The notes beneath the pieces were generated by a model. It was not told where the DNA came from. It saw nothing but the letters and a program-made list of their open reading frames with translations, and searched no databases. This document shows positions 1 to 15,756 of a stretch of 64,000 bases of DNA, in pieces. The DNA lies in the NCBI GenBank assembly GCA_964016885.1, contig OZ024741.1, positions 198,276,001 to 198,340,000 of the forward strand. The letters run 5' to 3'. This DNA comes from Eledone cirrhosa. Its lineage: Eukaryota. A program made the translations under genes and the position numbers. Position 1 is the stretch's first letter, and each line of letters opens with the position of its first letter.

Positions 1-224
1 GTTGCTTTCACTTCAATTTATTATATATTTATAAATTTATAAATTTACAAATCTACAAACTTATAAATTTCTGGTTGGTTGGTTGGTTGGTTCCACAACC
101 AGATAGTTGTTTATATATAGTCATAGTCCTTTCGTCAGACACTCTGTGACCTCTTTAGTGTGTTTCTTATTGGCAACATGACCCTCCCAAAGTATAACAA
201 TATATATATATATTTTTTTATTTT

Positions 225-411
225 TTTATTTTATAGAAGGAGCTTCTACAGGACTAGTACTGTTTCATTCAGATGAAATCTTCAGGAAGCAGCTTCCTGG
301 AGATTTCATCTGAATGAAACAGTACTAGTCCTGTAGAAGCTCCTTCTATAAAATAAACAAATTTTACTCTGCCATGTATTGAGTACCTTACTTACTGTGG
401 TTATCCACCTA
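225..411. mobile_element. Short PLE-derived palindromic element (two back-to-back hammerheads plus a unique tail) in (TA)n
   Basis: Near-perfect inverted repeat 225-357 centred at 291. Its tail GTATTGAGTACCTTACTTACTGTGGTTA is shared with 57187-57406 and, in shortened form, 19539-19592. Flanked by TA tracts. Confidence 0.75.
242..290 (-). ncRNA. Type I hammerhead ribozyme motif
   Basis: Reverse complement reads GCTTC-CTGAAGA-tTTCatctGAAt-GAA-ACAG tactagtc CTGT-A/GAAGC, giving helices I-III and a GUA cleavage triplet. The + arm copy (292-340) has a mutated core, CTGGAGA. Confidence 0.75.
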
Positions 412-412
412 C

Positions 413-468
<56 letters not shown>

Positions 469-577
469 TATTTATAGCGCTTCGATAATGATATATATAT
501 TTTGGACGCGCTAAGAACCAAATTCCCAGACTTTATATATATATATATATACAGAGAGAAAGAGAGAGAGAGAGAGA

Positions 578-647
<70 letters not shown>

Positions 648-932
648 CTAGAATGTTGACGCTAGTGAAATTGGTGGGTACTGTAATCTTTAATCCAAGA
701 TTGTTAAATGTAGCAACTAACCTTATCTTGACGATCTCGTAGCCACATTTATTGCTCGATGGGACTAGATCACAGGTTCTCAACCCATCTAGGCCAAACG
801 CCTCCTTCTGTCCCTCGAAATCACGAAACGTCCCCCCCCTCCCCCCCGCCGCCACCCTATTTTTCCATTTTTCAATATACTACTGATTTTTATATCAGTA
901 GATTACTAAAAAATTGATTAACAATATTCCAA

Positions 933-1246
933 AGATGTGTGTATTTTCTGATTATGTGTTGTATGTGGTCCTAGATGTGTGTATTATCTGATTATGTGTT
1001 GTATGTGGTCCTAGATGTGTGTATTATCTGATTATGTGTTGTATGTGGTCCTAGATGTGTGTATTATCTGGTTATGTGTTGTATGTGGTCCTAGATGTGT
1101 GTATTATCTGATTATGTGTTGTATGTGGTCCTAGATGTGTGTATTATCTGATTATGTGTTGTATGTGGTCCTAGATGTGTGTATTATCTGATTATGTGTT
1201 GTATGTGGTCCTAGATGTGTGTATTATCTGATTATGTGTTGTATGT
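933..1246 (+). repeat. 40-bp minisatellite, ~8 copies
   Basis: Unit AGATGTGTGTATTATCTGATTATGTGTTGTATGTGGTCCT repeated head-to-tail with no spacers. Confidence 0.95.
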
Positions 1247-1249
1247 CGT

Positions 1250-1978
1250 GTATACATCCAGTGAAGTAAAAACAGTCATGCAAACTGTTCTCCTTCGAAT
1301 TCAATCAGAAATGCAGCTACGATTCACCCGTCTCAACGATATTGACGCGAGGTTTGGCTTCCTCCTCGATGTCCGCTCTCTGTGCTATCCACCTTTTCCA
1401 GACGACCTCGCGCTTCGATCAAAGTGCTCTTCATTAGCTGATAACTACAATGCTGACATTGACGGCAAGGAGCTTTTTGAAGAAATCGCTGACTGTTGGG
1501 CGTTATTGTCAACCCGCGTTAATGTTTCAGTCTCAAGACCAGAACATCTCCTGAATTTTATTGTTCAATACGGAGACAACAGTGTATTTCCAAATTTGCG
1601 CATCGGTCTACAGATACTGCTAACAATGGCCGTTTCTGTCGCAAGCTGTGAGAGATCCTTCAGCAAGCTCAACCTCATCTTATCATATTTGCGGGCTTCA
1701 ATGTCTCAAAGCCGTCTGCGCGATCTTGCCATCCTCAGCATAGAAAGCGAAGAAACAAACGCAACCGATGTTGATGAAATAATCGATCAATTTGCATCAG
1801 CTAAAGCTAGAAAGATCCCTTTGTAAATATTTTTTTAATTCTTTTTTCTATATTAATTTTATAAAAGTAATTTTAGATCATATATTCATGTTTTTTCGTG
1901 TCATTTAAATTACTGTGCGTGGGGAGGGGGCAAAGTTCGAGCTTGCCCCCGGGAGCAAAATCCCTAGTTACGCCACTG
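1250..1978 (+). mobile_element. hAT DNA transposon 3' fragment (transposase C-terminal dimerisation domain plus right TIR)
   Basis: ORF 1215-1826 contains FPNL..LLTMAVSVASCERSFSKL..LRASMSQSRL..LAILSIE. The fragment ends CCTAGTTACGCCACTG, a TIR type seen in Tip100-like hATs. No left TIR found. Confidence 0.85.
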
Positions 1979-1984
1979 GTCTCT

Positions 1985-2302
<318 letters not shown>

Positions 2303-2571
2303 TTTTAACTAAATTTCTATGTGTGGTTATTTGATGTATTGTACTAATTTACCTTCCTGTTCCCCTCCCTCTTCCTTTTCTCACAATACTTAATCTTTAT
2401 TGAATCTCTAATTGTAGCCGTTCTCCTTCGCCTTCTCAGTCTTACATCACATATCCTATTTAGACTCGGACTCTCTCTCTATATATATATATATATTTCC
2501 CTCTCTCTTTCTCTCTCTCTCTCTTTCCCTTTCTCTCTCACTCTCTATCTATCTCTATCTCACCTACAGTC

Positions 2572-2617
<46 letters not shown>

Positions 2618-2765
2618 ACTCTCACTCTCTATCTTTCTCTATCTCACCCACAGTCTTTCTCCCTGTCTATTTATCTATCTATCTCTATCTCTATATCACT
2701 CTCTCTCTCTCTCTCTCTCCCTCTCTATCACTCTCTCTCACTCTCTATCTATCTCTATCTCACCC

Positions 2766-2857
<92 letters not shown>

Positions 2858-3140
2858 TGTGTGTGAGTGTGTGTGTGTAACTCTTTAAAATATACCCACA
2901 AATATAAACACATCCACATTTCCTATATCAGTTATGCTGTCACAATATGAAATTCACCTTACTCACAAACTCCTCGGTTCTATCCCTATATTTACCATTG
3001 TAAATTATTTCTCCAAAGTCACTCATACATTTAACCCTGTATCTCATTTATACATACATGCTGAACATTCATATAATTATATACTAGAAATAAATTATTT
3101 TAATATCGTTTTTGTATTTAATCACTTTCACGTGTCAATA

Positions 3141-3300
3141 ATTGTTTCTACTTTAGGCACAAGGCCAGCAATTACCCAGTGCATTACTGGTACTTTATTT
3201 TATCGACCCTGTAAGGATGAAAGGCAAAGTCAACCTCGGCGGGATTTGAACTCAGATCGTAAAGGGACGTAACTATGCTGGAAAGCATGGCGTCCGACCA
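3141..3300 (-). mobile_element. tRNA-derived SINE (Nin/Deu-type core), internally deleted
   Basis: Reverse complement has the B-box GAGTTCAAATCCC and the core GCCTTTCATCCTTAC..GGTCGATAAAATAAAGTACCAG. Confidence 0.8.
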
Positions 3301-3947
3301 ACTGTAGGGTTTCTTTCATGCAAACCATTGATTTATCAAAACTTAAATTTCACAGTTTGTATGCTTGTTTATATATCCAGTAATCATAGTATATATGACA
3401 TACCAATCCTGGACTCCAGAAATTGAATATATTCAATGCTGTTGGCGTTAATATTGACGGCACTGGTCCACTAGCTTATTCGTAATGTTACAACTAACGT
3501 TAAATTATGCAGGGTTTGATATGCAATATTTAATGCTAAATTTGTCTTGTTGGGGCGGAATAAGTATTATTTTTTAGATGAACATCTGAAGTTGCTATAA
3601 ATTTAATTCCAGAATGTCCAAATGTTATAATTTGATACATCGATTATAACTTATGGACTGGAATGGAGCTCCGTCGGTTTCAACGATGGATGTTCCAGTT
3701 GTTCGATCAACTCATGAAATCAGCATGCAAGTTGCTGTAAACAGTTTCTCTCTGCCCAATTTCATTCACGAGATATGGATAGACCCAAGTAAATAATTTG
3801 CAATTGTATCAAATGAAGGGCTTAATGATAGCGAATCGAACTCCTTAACCATTCAGTCATGATTCGTCCACTACAATAAATGAAATCAATGAAATAGCCT
3901 TTTCAAAATTTGAGGGACAAGATTTATGCTAATTTCTATTAATTTGT

Positions 3948-4080
3948 CAGGTGGCGAATTAGCAGAAGCAGAAGAAATGCTTTGTCATATTTAGTCTAGC
4001 TCTTTGCGGTGGAGTTCAAACACCACTAAGGTCAACTTTGCCTTTCATCCTTTTGGGGTCGATAAATAGAGTATCAGTTA
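3948..4080 (+). mobile_element. tRNA-derived SINE, same family, diverged
   Basis: GAGTTCAAA...GGTCAACTTTGCCTTTCATCCTTTTGGGGTCGATAAA. Confidence 0.7.
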
Positions 4081-4324
4081 AAAGCGAAGGACTGGTAAAA
4101 TCCTTATATTGTCGTATTGTGCTGGTTCTTCGTATTCTGACTTCACATCTCCCCACCAAGGTCAATGGAAGGGATTGGATCCTTAGCATGTACACATCCT
4201 TATTTAACCATGGATATTAGAGTGATCCATTGTAATCAATCTGCTGAGAGCAGGATAAATATATGATGAATAAAAATCAGCTCCAGCTTTAAAACATTGC
4301 TGCAAAACTATCTACTGAAAAAAA

Positions 4325-4542
4325 TGGTTTCTTATATAGGCACAAGGCCAGCATTTTGGGGGGAGGGGAAAGTCGATTAAATCGACCCCAGTGCGTGACT
4401 GGTACTTTATTTTATCGACCCCGTAAGGAGGAAAGGCAAAGTTAACCTCGGCGGGATTTGAACTCAGATCATAAAGGGCTGTAACTCTATGCTACAAAGC
4501 ATGGCGTCCGACCCTCTACCGATACTCCCAATCCGCTGCCGT
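4325..4542 (-). mobile_element. tRNA-derived SINE, near full length
   Basis: Same B-box and core as 3141-3300, plus the 3' tail GCTGGCCTTGTGCCTATATAAGAAACC (reverse complement). Confidence 0.85.
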
Positions 4543-4980
4543 CTATCTACTGAAAAAAATCAAATAGGCTGTGTTTTTATGCCTTAAAGTTGCCTAAGTC
4601 CGCATGAAGGATGTTTCCAAGTTTTCCTCTAAAAATAAAACGCTTGAAAGAGTAGGAAAACAAAGCATTTATAAGAGATTTAGGATTAATGATCAACATT
4701 TTGGGTGAACATGCATTATTATCAAGGGACAATTGAGCTTCACAAAGGTAGTTAAACTCATCAATAAATTTTTTTTATATAATTAAAAGATATTTTCGGT
4801 ATCCATGAAAATAAATTTAATGAATTGGCATAAAGGGATGATTTCAAATGCATCTGCTTTGAAGAAAAGAAATGGTTAAATCACTGCTATGAAAAAATTA
4901 ATAGAGTCAATAATAGAGTCAATAGAGTTGATAAAGTGAATACAAGTGAAGAACACATTAAAGGGTTTTAAATGCTGATA

Positions 4981-5185
4981 ATAATTTCTAATTTAAGCAT
5001 AAAATCAGCCATTTGGGAGAAGTAAAAGCTGATTAAATTTACCACAGTACTTGACTGGTAGTTTATTTTATCGATCCTAGGGGGATGAAAGTTAAAGTTA
5101 ACCTCGGCGGGATTTGAGCAAAGAAGTTAAAAGTCGGAACTAATACCACAAAGCATGTTGTCCAACGCTATACTGATTCTGCAAA
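4981..5185 (-). mobile_element. tRNA-derived SINE, diverged
   Basis: GACTGGTAG..TTTTATCGA..GATGAAAG..AAAGTTAACCTCGGCGGGATTTGA matches the family. Confidence 0.7.
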
Positions 5186-5661
5186 ATTGTTGAATTACTA
5201 GATATTTTGGACCCATTTTATGGAACATTGAAGAAGTCAGAATCCCTTGAAACTTAGAGAAAAAAAGTTGCAGGAATGAAATAAAATCTTAAAATTTGAA
5301 ATTGATTTAAACGATTTTCGTGCCTATATAGAAAATAGCATTCAGCTGAAAGATCTTCCTGCTGCAGGAACAATGAGGAAGGCAAATTATGAACACAATC
5401 GCAATAAGTTCTGTCAAAGAAGATTTTTTTTTTTTTTATTAATGACATTTGTAGTGATAAAAATGTTAATTTAACAATTAAACACATATCCTCAATTATC
5501 GATATTGATTTGTTAGGAACACCATTATGCTTTCGGAACCTGTTACTATACGTCAAATAAAGGATGACATGTTATCGACCCTCGGAAGAAATCAGAGTTC
5601 GTGTATCCTAAACAGCAATGTACAGAGATATCCAAACTGGCAATTATTAAATAATATGTAA

Positions 5662-5815
5662 CTATTTCTAACATTGGAGGAATGTTGATTATATTGACCC
5701 CAGTACTTAACTATTAGTTAATTTTATCGACGGTGGAAGGAGGAAAAGCAAAGCTGATCTCGACAGGAGTTGAACCCTGAACATAGAAAGTCGTAACTAA
5801 ATATCACAAAGCGTT
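5662..5815 (-). mobile_element. tRNA-derived SINE, diverged
   Basis: GACCCCAGTAC..TTTTATCGAC..GAAAAGCAAAGCTGATCTCG matches the family core. Confidence 0.6.
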
Positions 5816-5824
5816 ATTACATAA

Positions 5825-6348
5825 TCTATATATAATATAAAAGAAAGATGTTTATTGGTTGGTTGGTTGGTTGAATCACACGAAAACTGCACACACACAC
5901 AAATACATACTTACACATCTAAAGAGAAAGGGACATAAATGGAGACGCAGAAAGAGAGAGATAGGCCGTTATACAGAGAGAAAGTGTTAGATATTCAGAG
6001 AGAGAGAGAGAGACGTCCCACAAAAGTATCAGTTGAAGGTTTAACAATATTGCGTTAGCTTTTATAAAGTCGGTTTACAGTCATTGATTTTACAGAACAA
6101 AGAAAAATTGATACTATTAGAAATTAATCTACCCTCCAGCTTTTATACTTACAGACCGTACTAACGAAGCAAAACTCCAGAAACAATGTTGTGCGGTATA
6201 TTGCTGTGTTTCAGATGACGTCCTTTGGAGCTGAAAAAGATCATACAGACTATAGTTATTTCACAACATTTAAAATCCAAGGCCAGTGCTACCTTTTAAT
6301 CGACAGTTTACTCCCCCAGCCTAATAAGGAAGTTTTATGATTGTTTTT

Positions 6349-6440
<92 letters not shown>

Positions 6441-6544
6441 TACGGTTTCACCCCATACCAGACAACACATCCAATAGAGTCGTTTTCTCTTTTATCCATC
6501 TTCTCTTAACTGTTCTCCCGGGAAAAGCCAGGTACCTCAGCTAG
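5825..6544 (+). mobile_element. Non-autonomous Helitron
   Basis: Starts A|TCTATATATAATATAAAA, ends with the GC hairpin CCCGGGAAAAGCCAGG plus CTAG|T. Both ends are similar to 39788-40380. Confidence 0.75.
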
Positions 6545-6639
6545 TAAGTAATAAAATGTTTACAAAATGGTCTAGCGATATCAATGATCGCAGAAAGATT
6601 GCTGGTCAGTCTATGTTTGGTCGGATGTTCCTTCCAAGA

Positions 6640-7750
<1,111 letters not shown>

Positions 7751-7754
7751 GGAA

Positions 7755-8000
7755 AAAATGAAACGAAATTTCATTTCTCACTCTTAGTACGGCGTTCCTT
7801 TGTCAGTGTTGAACAAATGAGCAACGATGGTTGCTGGACACTGTACGGCTTAATTCGGGATGTTTGTTTACAAACACACCGAGCATTGTAATAAATGTTC
7901 GGTGAATCCATACGTACATATATATATATGTGTGCATGTATGTATGTATATATACATACTACTGTACGTCTGTATACATATATGCATGTGCGCGTACATA

Positions 8001-8005
<5 letters not shown>
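7755..8005. mobile_element. Diverged solo relative of the 53-57 kb array unit, with an inverted 5' piece
   Basis: 7758-7793 matches the array + strand (ATGAAACGAAATTTCATTTCTCACTCTTAGTACGGC). 7793-8005 matches the array minus strand. Confidence 0.75.
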
Positions 8006-8073
<68 letters not shown>

Positions 8074-8160
8074 TCTTTAAAGCGATGAAATACCAATGAA
8101 GGTTGGAAGATCACTGATGAAGGACTAACTTTATTCATATATATATATATATATATATAT

Positions 8161-8690
8161 GGTGGCTGCCAACTCGTTTTCGAGTACGGCCACTACTTTA
8201 TATCCATGTAGGAGAACCCCTACCGATGCGCTGAACGGGTGTGACTTTTTAGTCCAGTCAGCGACTTGAAAACTCTGGTACAAACACTACACTTGTGACA
8301 ATTATTGACACATAGTGCTGGGCCCATGGTACCATGTGACGGCAAGTGCAGAGAGATCTCCAGATATAAAGCAATGCCTGTGCCGTGAAGCTTTTATAGT
8401 GAGCAAAGGCACTGCACAAAGCCAGTCCCACTCTCTTAACCAAGATGATATTTACCAAAAAGAAGAACAAGTCAACATCATTGGATACCATCAGGGTTGC
8501 AGGTGTTATATCAGAGTTTTCCTTCTCCTAGAATTCTGCCTTGACAAAGGCTAAGGGGTCATCTCTCCCAGTGATTTTGGATGGCCATTGACTCTTAAGA
8601 GCTCCTTTGCCCTTTGACAGGTTTTGTTTTTAGTCCTGCAGGATGTCCAAAGTCACCCTCCTCACCAAGAAACCTTAGTGGGGTTGCCAG
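8161..8690 (-). mobile_element. Young ~570-bp non-autonomous retroelement (RTE-like), 5'-truncated
   Basis: Near-identical reverse complement of 50860-51390. RTE affinity is inferred from the microsatellite tail type. Confidence 0.75.
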
Positions 8691-8733
8691 TATATATATA
8701 TACATATATATATACATGTATATATATGTGTGT

Positions 8734-9419
8734 AAGTATATATTACACAAAGAGAAGTGTGTTACACAGTGAGATGTGTGTAAAAAATTATTACGAGTGG
8801 TTTTACCGTTACTGTATAGGGAACAACATCTACAGGTTAGCAATTAAACAGAAAAAACCAATTCAGAATCAAATCTCTGGATTAGAGTTTTAAATCACAA
8901 ACCTTATAACTATATTTTGCTGATACGAATCTTGTTCGTTTCACCACCTATATGTGAAGTATATCAGGTCACAGGATCCTCAGTCAGCAAATGCGGATAG
9001 AGAGATTGCTCATAGACACGCTGGCCAGAGTGGGCGAAATCACGTGTTATTTGCATCAAATAACGGCTCTCATGGATTGGGGAAGATGCTAGAAAGTGCA
9101 GCCCAACCATTCGAATTTATTAGCTCAACAATTTGGAGCTCATTAAGTATACAAAGATCGGAATTAAGAGTATTCCGCAGTTCACTGTAATAATAATAAT
9201 AGAATTAGCTCAAGGAAGGATAGAGAATTTCCTTCTGAGCTCAAATGCAAGTATATATTACACAAAGAACACACATCTCACTGTGTAACACACTTCTCTT
9301 TGTGTAATATATACTTGCATTTGAGCTCAGAAGGAAATTCTCTATCCTTCCTTGAGCTAATTCTATTATTATTATTACAGTGAACTGCGGAATACTCTTA
9401 ATTCCGATCTTTGTATACT
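8734..9419. mobile_element. PLE-type remnant with partial repeat and long terminal palindrome
   Basis: 9147-9268 is inverted at 9298-9419, and 8734-8780 is inverted at 9269-9316. There is a degenerate HHR-like fold on the minus strand at 8919-8971. Confidence 0.55.
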
Positions 9420-9514
9420 ATATATATATATATATAAAGATATTCAGATATTCAAATCGCAAACAGCGAAAGACGCGTTCCGAATTGTCCGACAGACAAC
9501 CTTTTCCCCCACCC

Positions 9515-10297
<783 letters not shown>

Positions 10298-10301
10298 CAT
10301 G

Positions 10302-10444
<143 letters not shown>

Positions 10445-10454
10445 TACTATTGTT

Positions 10455-12146
10455 GTTATCCGCTTGTCGCACATTATTTGTTGTTGCTTATGTAATACTG
10501 GTGCCAGCAGTCTACAACCAATTAACTGAAGTGGCACTTTCAATTGTCAAGTACTTTTCTGAGTATCCTAGCAATTCCAGGCAGTGTTGTTTTCTGTAAG
10601 GGTCCCACATTGATGTTGGCCCCAATTTCTTTTAAATAGCTTCCAATTCTGGTGCTCACAGTACCAAGCGCCCCGACTACAACTGGGATCACCTCAACCT
10701 TTTACATTGCCCATAAATATTTTATCTCCCATGCTAGTGGTTCGTATCTCTCAACCTTCATCAATTCTGTCACAAACCTTATTGTCAATGAGACAAGCTA
10801 CATCCAGAATCAAACATTGTTTGTTGACTTTATTGATCGCCACAATATCTGGTTTACGATGTTCATGGTCACATTGGACCATAAAGTCCCATAGAATCTT
10901 GACGTGGTCATTTTCTAAAATACCTGTTTTTCAACATAATTTTTCACATATTTTCGACATAACTGCCAATGAATGATTTTTGATCCATTATCATGGTGTC
11001 GCATGTATTCTTTCTGTGCACTGGCTGGTGATATGCCACACAATTTCTCCCTTTTCTCCATACATCGTACATTTTTATGTTTCACCTGAATTGTTTAACA
11101 TAATTTGTCCGCGAGGCTTGCTTCTGCGCTGCACAAATTAAAATTTCTGATTCTAGTTTAAGGTCACTTTTCCTCAACTATAATCACCTCTTCTCCAAAT
11201 AGGTTTTGATTCTGTGTCCCTGTAAAATTGCTGTACATTCTCTTTTCTTTCCATCTCCTTTAAGTTTCTATTCGCATCTCTTTCTTGTATTCCGATATTT
11301 CTTTACAATCCCCAATTTTCATCACATTTGACTTTTTCACTTCCAACTGCAATGATTCGGTGTCATTCTTTATGTACCAGGCTATGCTATTCTCTTGTTC
11401 TCACACATCCTTCACAAATGGTGTCAAGTATAATCTGTCAACGTCCCTCTTTGGATTATATGTTCCGTTCATTGTAAGTAACTTCTTCGTTTTCCTATCC
11501 AAGCATTGTTACTCATTTACAGTCCACCCAACCACTCCACCACCATATCTTAGCAAGGATACTACCAAAGTATTAAATGGTTCATATTTATTTCTGCCAT
11601 TCAATTTAGTTTTTAGAATCAATCTCACTCTCCTAAAGTATTCTTCTGCAAACTTAGTTTTCATATCCTGTTCCATCAAGTTATCCTTTTCTAAAATTCC
11701 CAGATATGTGTAGCTGTTATCATCTATTTGCTTCATGATCTCTCCTGAAGTTATTGCTATTCTGTCCACGTGTCTGATGTTGCCTCGTTTCAGAATGAGT
11801 GCACCACATATCTTTAAGATAAATTTCATTCGAATGTCCAAACTAAAGCCATGCACTGTGTCCGTATGTGAACTAATTTGAGATTCATCTTTTCCATATC
11901 ATTTCAGATCATCCTTGAATAATAGATGGTTGACACTTTGTTGTCATCTCCTAAACTCATACCTTGCTTTAGCTCTTCTCTAAATCATCGTCAGAGGCAC
12001 CATGCACAGTACAAACAACAATGGAGACAAACTATCCCCCCGAAATATGCCTTTTCTAATTGTACTCAAACTTTGGTCACTGCATGTTAAATCGGTCTTC
12101 CATTTTACAATACTTTTACCCAAAAGATTTACTATATTCTCTGCAA
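10455..12146 (-). mobile_element. R4/Dong-type RLE non-LTR retrotransposon, decayed and 5'-truncated
   Basis: Fragments [22 protein letters not shown] and YTYLGILE..EYFRRVRLILKTKLNGRNK, with C-terminal [14 protein letters not shown]. Confidence 0.85.
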
Positions 12147-14685
12147 GTGAAGATGAGGGAAAACCCAAATCCGCCAATAAAACAAAAAAGAAAACAAATA
12201 AAAGTCCCCCCACAAAGCACAAAAACACCCAGAACAAAAAATGCAAGCACCACTCATGTAAACACTTCCACAACAACACCAACACCAACACAACCATCAC
12301 CACAAACCCCTAAACGCAAACAACCTAAACAGACACAAGAACAAATAAACACAGACACCTGAAATTGCAGACATCACACCCACAACAAACACAGACATAC
12401 ACGAAACGACACCAACAAAACCATCACCACCACAGTCACCCAAACTAAAAAAAATAAAACTGCACAACAAAACATAAAAAAATTTTGTGCTTGTCAGAAG
12501 GGCCAACGAGAAATTGATGGCCTTCGTAGCACGAAGTGAAGAAATTCAAACAGAGGGGGAGATTCTTAAATCGAAGATTTATTTCTGGTGCGAATTTCAC
12601 TCGATTCTTACAAAGGAATTCTAGAGAGAGTTCCTCAAGACGTGGGAACCCCGAACGTTAAACCCACATCGAGACTTTTAAAGGGGTTCACAAAAGACAC
12701 CCCACCAACTATGGAGGCCGAACCACCCAACCTTCACAAGACCCGGGTAGGTAAGTAAACCTTCCTCTCTTTTTTAGCCTACCAACATGGCTATATTAAG
12801 AGCAAGAGGTTTTAATGTTCGTGGACTGGGGTTGCCCTGGAAGCTGGGTCACCTGCTCAACGACCTCGGGTTTCTAGAGATGTATGTGCTTGCCGTCAGC
12901 GAGACCAGGATTTCCGACACGCACGCACTAGCCCCCATTTTTGACGACTATTAGATCTTCGCATCTGTTAGTCGGAGGGGAATGGGAGGTGGGATGGCAG
13001 TGCTGTTTAGGAAAGGCTTGGATCTCAAGGTATTGTCGATCTTCCGGGATCCGGACGGTAAATTGGTGGTCCTGGACTTAAGAAATAGCAAAGGTGGTGC
13101 CTTCAGACTGGTGGCTGTCTACGCCCCTATTGGGACCGGACGGCCGGACTTCTTTAAGCGCCTGGAAGCCTTTCTGGGTGCGTCTCGTCCTTTACTGTTA
13201 GCGGGGGACTGGAAGGGCATCTTGGACGCACGCTGGGACGGTGTGGGAGAAGCCGATAGAAGTAGGGGCTTTAAAAGCCTCAAGTACCTGATCAACCAGT
13301 TCTAACTGTCTGACAGGTCCCGACTAGATTTCCCTAATGCGCTAGCGAGGACCTGGACCAACCACATAAGGTCATCCGGATCGTATTTAGACAGGATTTT
13401 TTCATTAGGAAAATAGATACGAACAGCGTAGGCTGTACACATTTTAAAACGGTCACCTATTCAGATCACAAGTTGTGATCTGCATGGTCGACCTAGATTA
13501 GACGCGTAGGTTAGGACCTGGTTACTGGAAGCTGAACATGTCGTTTCCGGCACGTAAGGCTTACAGGGAGCAGGTCAACAATTTAGTTAACATGGCGGGT
13601 CATCAACAACAGATGATGGGAGGGGGGCTCTCAAAAAAGAGATTAGAGTAATTTCGATAGGGTTTAGCAAAAAAGTAGCGCTAGAGAAAAATAGAAAGGA
13701 GGGGGAGTTGGTAGCTAAGTTAGACGAGGGTATTTGTAGTGGCATTGCAACTGACGTGCTGGCAACGAGAATGGCATTAGACCATTTCTTCAATGCGAAA
13801 CTCGGAGGTTGCATTGTCAGAGCTAAGGCGCGTGCTCTGAAAAACGAGGGAACCAAAGATGTTCGATGGGCCCGCGTGGCAGAGGTGCAGCGTCGTAATA
13901 AAACCATAATTTGGTCTTTGGCGTACTGAGACGGACACGAGTTGAGCGATTCCAGGCGGATGTGTGAAGCCTTTCGCCAACACTTTGTTTGGTTGTTCGG
14001 GGGAAGTGGCGGGTCAGAGACGATAGTAGACTTCAGTCCCTACCTTGGTGGCTTACCGCGTTTTTCACGGCCGACGCTGAACGAAAGGCCAATAATTTCA
14101 GCTGAGGCGCAAGTCACTCAGTTTGGATGGTCTACCCTACGATGCGCAACCATGCGCTGAGACTGCTGCATATCCAGCTTTACCTGAACGGTGAACAGGT
14201 GTCGTAGCCGTTTGTGAGACAGGCCTTACGGCAGCCCGTCTTTTAACTGAGTTACATTCCTGGGTCAAGAAGAGACCGAGACTAGGCGCCTAGCATCTAG
14301 AATGTTGCTAGGCGCTCACTGCTCTCCACCAGTCGGGCAATGCGATCATGGGAAATTCCACTCTATAGAGGGGAAGTGCGACGACGCTCGTGGAGAAGCG
14401 CTGGGCGTCGACGAAATCGAACTGACCAGTCTGTTTTGGAGGACTTTCAAGTTGGGGACTATGGATATCTACTAGAAATCCCTCGCTTGGCAATGTTACC
14501 GGTAGTGTGGTCAGACGGACCTTCCCGAGATGCGTGCAGAACGAGGAAACTGTTGTGCGCGCACCAGTCCAGTGCCCGTCCATTACTGACTAGTGGAGTT
14601 ATGTCCAACAGCTGCTGTCGCGTGTGTGACGGATCCCGCTATCGACTGTGTTTATTGTGAAGATCGTCTCGCCGCCTTCTTTTGG
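12147..14685 (+). mobile_element. L1/Tx1-type LINE, decayed and internally deleted
   Basis: APE fragment FRLVAVYAP..FF..L..LLLAGDW and GPGYWKLN region. Colinear with 30891-35677 but lacks most of the RT. Confidence 0.85.
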
Positions 14686-15545
14686 AGCCAGATATAATGT
14701 TGAACAATGAAACAATTAAGACGTGGTTAGTGGTTAATTAATCCATTGTGTTCGATCGTTTCAAATTGCAAAATAAACAAAATTTGATCTATATATCGTC
14801 TTATCGATAGCTTTGACAAAATACATCCATTCTGCTGTTCATCCTCAGAAACAGTGGTTATGGATCAATTGGTCAATATGTCTGCATTTTAAAAACTTTA
14901 CCTCTCTTCTTGGAGACACATATACCCAGACCGTCAGCCAGAACAGAAAACAAGCTCATATTAACAAACTTCAAATAAACTACCTGTTACATACATATTC
15001 ATCTATATGATAACAAATGTCTATATTAACATAACATAATCAATATACACTAGCAGACTCACTATTATCGATTTATGCACATTAGTTTTTATTTCCTACT
15101 CAACATAACATTTACTCATACTTGCTTTATAGATCATCCATACAACCCCAACTAACACCTTTTAACTATATATCGCCATATTAGTATTTATCCGCAAATG
15201 TTATTGTGAACGCGCATGCGTGTTTATATATGTGTGTATTATTTGATTGTGAAGCAACCTATACATCTACTTCATATAACTATATGTATGTGCAAGTATA
15301 TAGTCACATACAATATGGCTGTTTGTGTATGTGCATGTGACTATGTGTGTGTGTGTATATACAATAGGGCGTGTTATATGTGTATGTACGCATATATTTA
15401 TTTGGATATTTTTTATATCTGTATATGTATATATCGATACATGGGAATATGTGGGGATTCTTTTGGTGTGGATTCGTATATATTTCCGTATAGGATTACT
15501 GGTGCCGAAAACAGGCACACAGTGGTATTTACACACACATTAAGC

Positions 15546-15586
<41 letters not shown>

Positions 15587-15684
15587 TATTGAAGTTTCCG
15601 TTGAAAATTGAAAAAGTCATAGGAGTGAAGAGTGCTCTATGTAAGTACCAGAGCAAAATTTAATGTATAATAAACAATACAATA

Positions 15685-15756
15685 TAATTACCTCAGTACC
15701 AGAGGTTTCCCGAATAAGACGAATACGAAAAACGTCCTCATTCGTTCATCGGACAA
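15685..15756 (-). ncRNA. Hammerhead-like motif, CCGAUGA variant
   Basis: Reverse complement: CCGATGA-a-CGAATGAG GACG..CGTC TTATTCG-g-GAA-ACCTC tggtact GAGGT-A. Helix I is weak. Confidence 0.45.

Noticed and set aside
933-1246. 40-bp repeats as a CRISPR array
   Set aside because: No spacers, no cas genes and a eukaryotic context; it is a plain minisatellite.
1215-1826. Domesticated ZMYM1-like gene
   Set aside because: Only the C-terminal transposase part is present, its start lies in a minisatellite, and a TIR follows. It is a transposon remnant.
4325-4542. tRNA genes
   Set aside because: The B-box lies in SINE heads and there is no cloverleaf.
8072-8140. CTGATGA/CTGACGA motifs (also 47598-47658 and minus-strand 120-145)
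   Set aside because: No downstream helix II plus GAAA; at best these are fragments.
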